Sequence record: MW269952.1
Length of the DNA stretch: 64,000 nucleotides
Source of the DNA: Escherichia phage P479
Strand: one strand, 5' to 3'
Both the position numbers and the translations under genes were made by a program. Positions 57,269 to 64,000 of the stretch are shown piece after piece. Below the pieces are notes generated by a model. It made no database searches and was not told where the DNA came from. It worked only from the letters and a program-made list of their open reading frames with translations. Within the stretch, counting starts at the first letter, position 1; the number at the start of each line of letters is the position of its first letter.

Positions 57269-57909
57269 TGAATTATCAAAACATTTATAATAATTTAATA
57301 TCCCGGGGTAAAACCCGGGAACCTTTAACTGAGTATAAAGAGATTCATCATATTATCCCAAGATGTATGGGTGGCACTGATGAAAAGACAAACCTTGTTG
57401 AGTTAACAGGCCGCGAACATTTCATTGCACATTGGCTTCTTACAAAATTTACCAATTCTGCTGGACTTAATCAAGCCTTTGGTATGATGTGTCTTACCAA
57501 TAAAGGTAGACAATACAATGTTTCTTCTAGACTATACGAAATTGGCAGAAAGCTTTTATCGGAGTCTATGACAGGACGAAAAATGTCTGAGGAAACTAAG
57601 AAGAAAATTAGTGAGACTCTTAAAGGAAGAGAATTCACAAAAGAGCATATTGCTCGTATGCGGAAGCCAAAAACTGAAAAAGCCAAAAAGAATATCGCTG
57701 CAGCTAAGGTTGGTGCGCTTAATCCAATGTATGGTACAATATCTCCAACAAGAGATGTTCCACATACAAAAGAAACATGCGAATTGATTTCTTTAAAAAC
57801 CAAACAAGCCACTGATTATCCGCCCTGTCCACATTGTGGTAAAAAGGTCAATAAGGGTAACGCATTGAGATGGCATTATGATAAATGCAAATTTAAGGAC
57901 TTAAAATGA
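57268..57909 (+). CDS. HNH homing endonuclease (MobE-like) with NUMOD3-type repeats
   Basis: EIHHIIPRCMGG..NLVELTGREHFIAHW; repeats GRKMSEETKKKISETLKG; Zn-finger CPHCGKK; wedged between nrdA and nrdB. Confidence 0.8.
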   Translation: MNYQNIYNNLISRGKTREPLTEYKEIHHIIPRCMGGTDEKTNLVELTGREHFIAHWLLTKFTNSAGLNQAFGMMCLTNKGRQYNVSSRLYEIGRKLLSESMTGRKMSEETKKKISETLKGREFTKEHIARMRKPKTEKAKKNIAAAKVGALNPMYGTISPTRDVPHTKETCELISLKTKQATDYPPCPHCGKKVNKGNALRWHYDKCKFKDLK

Positions 57910-59084
57910 GTACAGTTTTTAACACCAAACAAGTTGATGTTTTGGAGGAGCCGATGTTCTTCGGTTCTGGATTGGGCATCGCCCGTTATGATATCCAACG
58001 TCATAAGGTATTTGAAGAACTTACTGAAAAATCCCTCTCATTTTTCTGGCGACCTGAGGAAGTAAACCTGATGATGGACGGAGCTCAATTTAATAAGCTT
58101 CCTGAACATCAACAAAATATTTTTACCAACAACCTGAAATACCAATCACTTCTGGATAGTATACAGGGTCGTGCTCCAGCTGCAGCATTAGCCGCATTAG
58201 TTTCTGACCCAAGTCTTGATACATGGATTCAGACCTGGACATTCAGCGAGACAATTCACTCTCGTTCTTATACGCACATCATGCGAAATCTCTATACTGA
58301 CCCGGCGAAGGTATTCGACGAAATCCTGTTAGATGATGCAATCATGAAGCGCGCAGAATCCATTGGTCATTACTATGATGATGTTCTGAATAAAACTCGT
58401 CAATGGCAAAACCAGATTGCTTTTGTTGAACTGGCCAAAGAAACTCCCGAAGCGGACGAACGTTTGGAACGAGCTATCAAACAAGAAGCTATCGCCAAAC
58501 GAGCATTGATGAAGTCTCTTTATCTCTGCCTGCATGTTATTAACGCCCTGGAAGCTATTCGTTTTTATGTATCTTTCGCATGTACTTTCAACTTCCATAA
58601 GAACATGGAAATCATGGAAGGTAATGCGAAGATAATGAAGTTCATCGCCCGTGATGAACAGCTTCACCTTAAGGGGACACAATATATTCTTCGTCAGCTG
58701 CAAACTGGTGTAGACGGTGACGAATGGGTTAAAATCGCTCACGAATGCGAAGCAGAAGCCGCAGCTATTTTCATGGAAGTTAATCGCCAGGAAAAAGAAT
58801 GGGCCGTGCATCTGTTTAAAGATGGTGGACTCCCTGGGTTGAGCGTCGAGATTCTTAACCGCTTCATCGATTACCTGACAGTTTCTCGTATGAAGCAATG
58901 CGGTCTCCCTTGTGAAATCGTGTTAGAATCTACTAAGCACCCGATTCCATGGATTCGCGAATATCTTAACTCTGATAATGTGCAATCTGCCCCACAAGAA
59001 GTTGAGTTGTCTGCTTACCTGGTAGCCCAGATTGACAATGACGTCGATGAGAATGTTCTTGCTGGTTTCCGTAAATATCTATAA
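57906..59084 (+). CDS. nrdB: Ribonucleotide reductase small subunit NrdB
   Basis: 392 aa; di-iron ligands; uninterrupted. Confidence 0.92.
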   Translation: MSTVFNTKQVDVLEEPMFFGSGLGIARYDIQRHKVFEELTEKSLSFFWRPEEVNLMMDGAQFNKLPEHQQNIFTNNLKYQSLLDSIQGRAPAAALAALVSDPSLDTWIQTWTFSETIHSRSYTHIMRNLYTDPAKVFDEILLDDAIMKRAESIGHYYDDVLNKTRQWQNQIAFVELAKETPEADERLERAIKQEAIAKRALMKSLYLCLHVINALEAIRFYVSFACTFNFHKNMEIMEGNAKIMKFIARDEQLHLKGTQYILRQLQTGVDGDEWVKIAHECEAEAAAIFMEVNRQEKEWAVHLFKDGGLPGLSVEILNRFIDYLTVSRMKQCGLPCEIVLESTKHPIPWIREYLNSDNVQSAPQEVELSAYLVAQIDNDVDENVLAGFRKYL

Positions 59085-59086
59085 GG

Positions 59087-59107
59087 AAAGGGCTTCGGCC
59101 CTTTTTG
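59087..59107 (+). terminator. intrinsic terminator (after nrdB)
   Basis: AAAGGGC-TTCG-GCCCTTT then TTT. Confidence 0.7.
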
Positions 59108-59110
59108 CCC

Positions 59111-59521
59111 ATGAAACAAATCGCTGATGAATACAGTTTTATAAAATATGCGGAGTTAGAGTTAGTCGATGGTAAAATCCCTATCCTTACTCTCGCAAAC
59201 AAGAAAAATGTTATCTATGCTATTTCAGTTGATGATGAACTAGTGTATATTGGTAAGACGAACAACCTTAAGAAGCGTATCAACTATTACCGGACTGCAA
59301 TTAACCGAATTGAACAGACGAGTGATTCAAACAAATCCCGGATGATACATGAAGCTTTACAAGAAGGTAAAAAGGTGATATTCTATGCACGACAATGTTT
59401 CAATCTGTCAATGACCAATGAACTTGGCACAATGTCAGTCGAAACGATGTCTCTGGAAGAGCCGATGTTCATCAAGCTTTTTAATCCCCCGTGGAATTAC
59501 CAACATAAGGTGAAGAAATGA
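59111..59521 (+). CDS. denA: Endonuclease II DenA (GIY-YIG family)
   Basis: 136 aa from ATG 59111 (T4 DenA 136 aa); VIYAISVDDELVYIGKT; adjacent to nrdB. Confidence 0.7.
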   Translation: MKQIADEYSFIKYAELELVDGKIPILTLANKKNVIYAISVDDELVYIGKTNNLKKRINYYRTAINRIEQTSDSNKSRMIHEALQEGKKVIFYARQCFNLSMTNELGTMSVETMSLEEPMFIKLFNPPWNYQHKVKK

Positions 59522-60654
59522 TTGAATTATATGATAACTTAATGAAGCTTTGCGCCGAATCCGATAAAGGTAAGTTTTTCTATACGGATTTTGTTTCTCC
59601 ATTTGAAACTAAGTTCCGCATCTTTAGCTATAACTATGCTTCCTATAGTGATTGGCTTCTTGATGATGCGCTGGAGTGCCGTGGCATTATGTTTGAAATG
59701 GATGACAATGGTCCAGTTCGCATTGCCGCTCGTCCTATGGAAAAATTCTTTAATCTGGGTGAGAATCCAATGACCATGGACCTTAACCTTGATGAGGTTG
59801 TCCTGGTTACTGCAAAAGCTGATGGTAGCTTGGTTTCTACTTATATGGACCAGACTAATATCGCCTTTAAATCCAAAGGGTCAATCAAAAGCTCCCAAGC
59901 TGCTGAATCCTTGCAGGTGTTTAAACAAGAGCATCGCAGTGCATTCAGGGCTCGCGTAACTGAAATTACTGAAGCTGGTTATACATGCAATATGGAATAT
60001 GTTGCACCAACCAACCGTATTGTTTTGCCTTACCAGGAACGTGACCTGATTTTACTGAACGTTCGTCATAATGAAACGGGTGAATATATTCCTTATCGGG
60101 AACTGTTCAAAGATGCTGCACTCCGTCCTTTCCTGGTTGAAGCATATGACCCGGCGAGCATTGAGAATGTTCGTGGTATGAAAGAGATTGAAGGCTTCGT
60201 CTACGAGTTGGTAAGTGGTCAGAAGTTCAAGCTGAAAACAGAATGGTATTGTGCTCTGCACCATACTAAAGACTCCATTAATAATAATGAGCGTCTGTTT
60301 GAAGTTGTTGTTGCTGGCGGCGCAGATGATGTTATTGCCATGTTTACTGGTGATGATTATGCTCGCGAAAAGGTTAATGCCTTTACCATTGTACATCTGG
60401 ATTATCTGTCTAATACGCTGGGATTGTTGCTTGATGCCCAGAAACAATTGGCAGGAAAAGACCGTCGTGAGTTTGCGATTAAAGGTCAAGAGTTGTGTAA
60501 ACCATATCCGGGATTGTTCTCCGTATTAATGAACACCTATCAACGCCCACAGGAAACTGAACAAACGATTGATCAAATCAATAAAGTTTTCCTTAAAAAT
60601 CATAAACTTTACATTCCGTCGGACTACCAAGCGGAAGTAATCCTTCCTGAATAA
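59518..60654 (+). CDS. rnlA: RNA ligase 1 (gp63)
   Basis: 378 aa; RIFSYNYASYSDWLL, ECRGIMFEMD, ligase lysine motif KADGSL match T4 Rnl1. Confidence 0.9.
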   Translation: MIELYDNLMKLCAESDKGKFFYTDFVSPFETKFRIFSYNYASYSDWLLDDALECRGIMFEMDDNGPVRIAARPMEKFFNLGENPMTMDLNLDEVVLVTAKADGSLVSTYMDQTNIAFKSKGSIKSSQAAESLQVFKQEHRSAFRARVTEITEAGYTCNMEYVAPTNRIVLPYQERDLILLNVRHNETGEYIPYRELFKDAALRPFLVEAYDPASIENVRGMKEIEGFVYELVSGQKFKLKTEWYCALHHTKDSINNNERLFEVVVAGGADDVIAMFTGDDYAREKVNAFTIVHLDYLSNTLGLLLDAQKQLAGKDRREFAIKGQELCKPYPGLFSVLMNTYQRPQETEQTIDQINKVFLKNHKLYIPSDYQAEVILPE

Positions 60655-60659
60655 TAAAA

Positions 60660-60725
60660 AAGGGGTGTACAAGCCCCTTCTTTCTATACATAATGGTTCC
60701 ATCAACTACTGATGAGGACTAAAAC
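60660..60725 (+). promoter_or_regulatory. terminator-like hairpin carrying -35 in its loop, plus -10 and leader box
   Basis: AGGGGtgtacaaGCCCCTT; CATAAT 60689-60694 (18-bp spacer); box CCATCAACTACTGATGAGGA. Confidence 0.6.
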
Positions 60726-60959
60726 ATGTTAAACTTAATTACAAATGAAAGAGTTACACAGGCATATGGTGACAGTAATGACGGAATCTATGTCTACAAG
60801 GGAGACCGCCGGATTGGTTTCATTACTGACCTGAAGGCCAAATTGTTAAAAGAACTGAAAGCTCAAACAGGTGATTCTGGGTTTAGAGCAAGAGCCAAAA
60901 AGAAAGATGAACGCCTGGGTGCCAACTCTTTTGGTCCTAGAGGTTACAACCGCTACTAA
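60726..60959 (+). CDS. hypothetical basic protein (77 aa)
   Basis: Shares DGIYVYKG..GF.TDL N-terminal module with the next ORF. Confidence 0.5.
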   Translation: MLNLITNERVTQAYGDSNDGIYVYKGDRRIGFITDLKAKLLKELKAQTGDSGFRARAKKKDERLGANSFGPRGYNRY

Positions 60960-60972
60960 TGAGGAAAATATT

Positions 60973-61476
60973 ATGAATATGCAACTGATTTCAAATGATA
61001 TGATTGTTGATGTATATGGTGACCGCCATGACGGAATCTATGTTTATAAAGGTTCCAAAAATGTTGGGTTCCTTACTGACTTAAGAAAGAAACTGGCGTC
61101 TGATAATAAGTTGAAGGCGAAACAAAAAGAATATCGTGATAAGAAATCAGAAGAGCGGAAAGAAGCCCTTCATGAATCTGTTCCCGAAATGGTTGACTTC
61201 TTAAAGAACCATTTGGTTAAATATGATGCAGAAGTGTTCATCAATCAGACCCAACCTAATGTGCATATCAATGGATGTGTTTGTTATGTTGTGGTTGAAC
61301 CCCTGACACTTCAACACCGCCTGGGAATTAAACACCCAGTGTTAACCCAGGATGATATGGCGGATGAAGTTGGTAATCAGTTCCGCATTTCAACATCTGA
61401 CAGTACAAATCACATCCTCCTGAATGGTTTATCCCAGGATGATATTGTTGAGGTAATCATCAAGTTATGCAAATAA
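60973..61476 (+). CDS. hypothetical protein (167 aa)
   Basis: In-frame ATG 60973; occupies the T4 alc position, similarity not assessed. Confidence 0.5.
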   Translation: MNMQLISNDMIVDVYGDRHDGIYVYKGSKNVGFLTDLRKKLASDNKLKAKQKEYRDKKSEERKEALHESVPEMVDFLKNHLVKYDAEVFINQTQPNVHINGCVCYVVVEPLTLQHRLGIKHPVLTQDDMADEVGNQFRISTSDSTNHILLNGLSQDDIVEVIIKLCK

Positions 61477-61820
61477 GTAATCTCACCACAGGGCTTATGC
61501 TCGCCCTGGTAGTAACTGCTGGTAGTGGTTTCTATCTAAAAGCAAAAGTGGATAATCTCAAGACGGCGGTGGCGGAAGTCACCAAAGTCGCAGAAGATAA
61601 TGCGAAAAATCTGCAATCAGTAAAAGACCAGGTTAATCAAATTAATCTCCTTGACCAACAGCGACAGGAATATGTTGAACACCTGCAGAAGGAAAATGAT
61701 AAACTTCGCGCAGATGCAAAACGTACTAAGGTTGTGGCAGCGAAGCCTAAATTAGTCGAAAAACAGATTAATCAGTCATTTGATAAGTTCGCCCAGGACT
61801 TCCAGGAGCTCACCAAATGA
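61467..61820 (+). CDS. i-spanin (PseT.3-like)
   Basis: 117 aa; N-terminal TM then coiled coil; start overlaps next gene; adjacent to pseT. Confidence 0.6.
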   Translation: MQISNLTTGLMLALVVTAGSGFYLKAKVDNLKTAVAEVTKVAEDNAKNLQSVKDQVNQINLLDQQRQEYVEHLQKENDKLRADAKRTKVVAAKPKLVEKQINQSFDKFAQDFQELTK

Positions 61821-62107
61821 TGAAATCTATCCTGGCAGTATGTTTGGCTATTGGACTCGTTTCATGCGCCCAGAAGCCCGTTGTGGAGCCCACAATCCAA
61901 GTTCATCCTAATTGGCCCGTTGCATTGGCTGATTACAAACAGCAATGGGAAGTGAAGGTAATTGAGGGTCAAGCCTGGGTTGGTATGCCTTTTGAAGCAT
62001 CGCAAGAATTCAGGATTTGGATGAATGATGTAAAAAGGTATGTACATGACCAAAAAGGCATGTTATGTTATTATCGTTCTGAACTAAAAGAGGAACGTTG
62101 CAAATGA
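61817..62107 (+). CDS. o-spanin lipoprotein (PseT.2-like)
   Basis: 96 aa; lipobox LVSCA; ATGA-coupled to i-spanin. Confidence 0.6.
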   Translation: MMKSILAVCLAIGLVSCAQKPVVEPTIQVHPNWPVALADYKQQWEVKVIEGQAWVGMPFEASQEFRIWMNDVKRYVHDQKGMLCYYRSELKEERCK

Positions 62108-62211
62108 TTGAGTCTTGTATTGATGGGTCGGATGTCATTCTATTTGGCTTTACATGCTTTTGTTTTGGAATCATGCTTAGCATGTGTATAAATGGTATTT
62201 TTGGAAAGTAG
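62104..62211 (+). CDS. small Cys-rich membrane peptide (35 aa)
   Basis: ATGA-coupled; hand-translated. Confidence 0.3.
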   Translation: MIESCIDGSDVILFGFTCFCFGIMLSMCINGIFGK

Positions 62212-62274
62212 TTTACAAACTCTTGGGAGCAGAGTATAATGCTCCCACGGATTATAAAATTTGAGGAAATTATT
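62210..62274 (+). promoter_or_regulatory. early promoter plus stem-loop cassette (third relative of the 44-bp repeat)
   Basis: GTTTACAAACTCTTGGGAGCAGAGTATAATGCTCCCA. Confidence 0.6.

Positions 62275-64000
<1,726 letters not shown>

Overview
This window is a tightly packed segment of a T4-type (Tevenvirinae-like) myovirus genome, read here in the direction of early transcription. All calls rest on reading the translated ORFs against remembered T4 protein families, motifs and gene order; no database search was run. Order on the + strand: 3' part of DNA polymerase gp43, imm-like, uvsX, 40, helicase 41, a block of ten small unknown ORFs, primase 61, gp56-like NTP pyrophosphatase, a GIY-YIG homing endonuclease, soc, a ModA/ModB-like ADP-ribosyltransferase pair, dda, dexA, a MotB-like pair, a second GIY-YIG endonuclease, fused topoisomerase 39(+60), rIIA, rIIB, Ndd-like, topoisomerase 52, MotA-like, asiA. 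The late module follows on the - strand (holin t, adhesin 38, long tail fibre 37/36/35/34). The + strand then resumes with rnh, dsbA, 33, 59, 32, frd, td, nrdA, an HNH homing endonuclease, nrdB, denA, rnlA, a spanin pair and pseT, ending in a second HNH endonuclease gene cut by the window edge. There is no gene 42 or beta-glucosyltransferase between imm and uvsX, which suggests an unmodified-cytosine, RB49-like (pseudo-T-even) phage. Almost every intergenic gap carries a recurring early-promoter plus stem-loop cassette (about 21 copies), which is the main structure the gene list does not explain. I found no tRNA genes, CRISPR arrays or introns, and I could not pin down a single clearly novel system; the strongest candidates are listed in the findings. 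Several start codons were corrected by hand where the ORF track began at an upstream TTG/GTG or read through a conserved leader.
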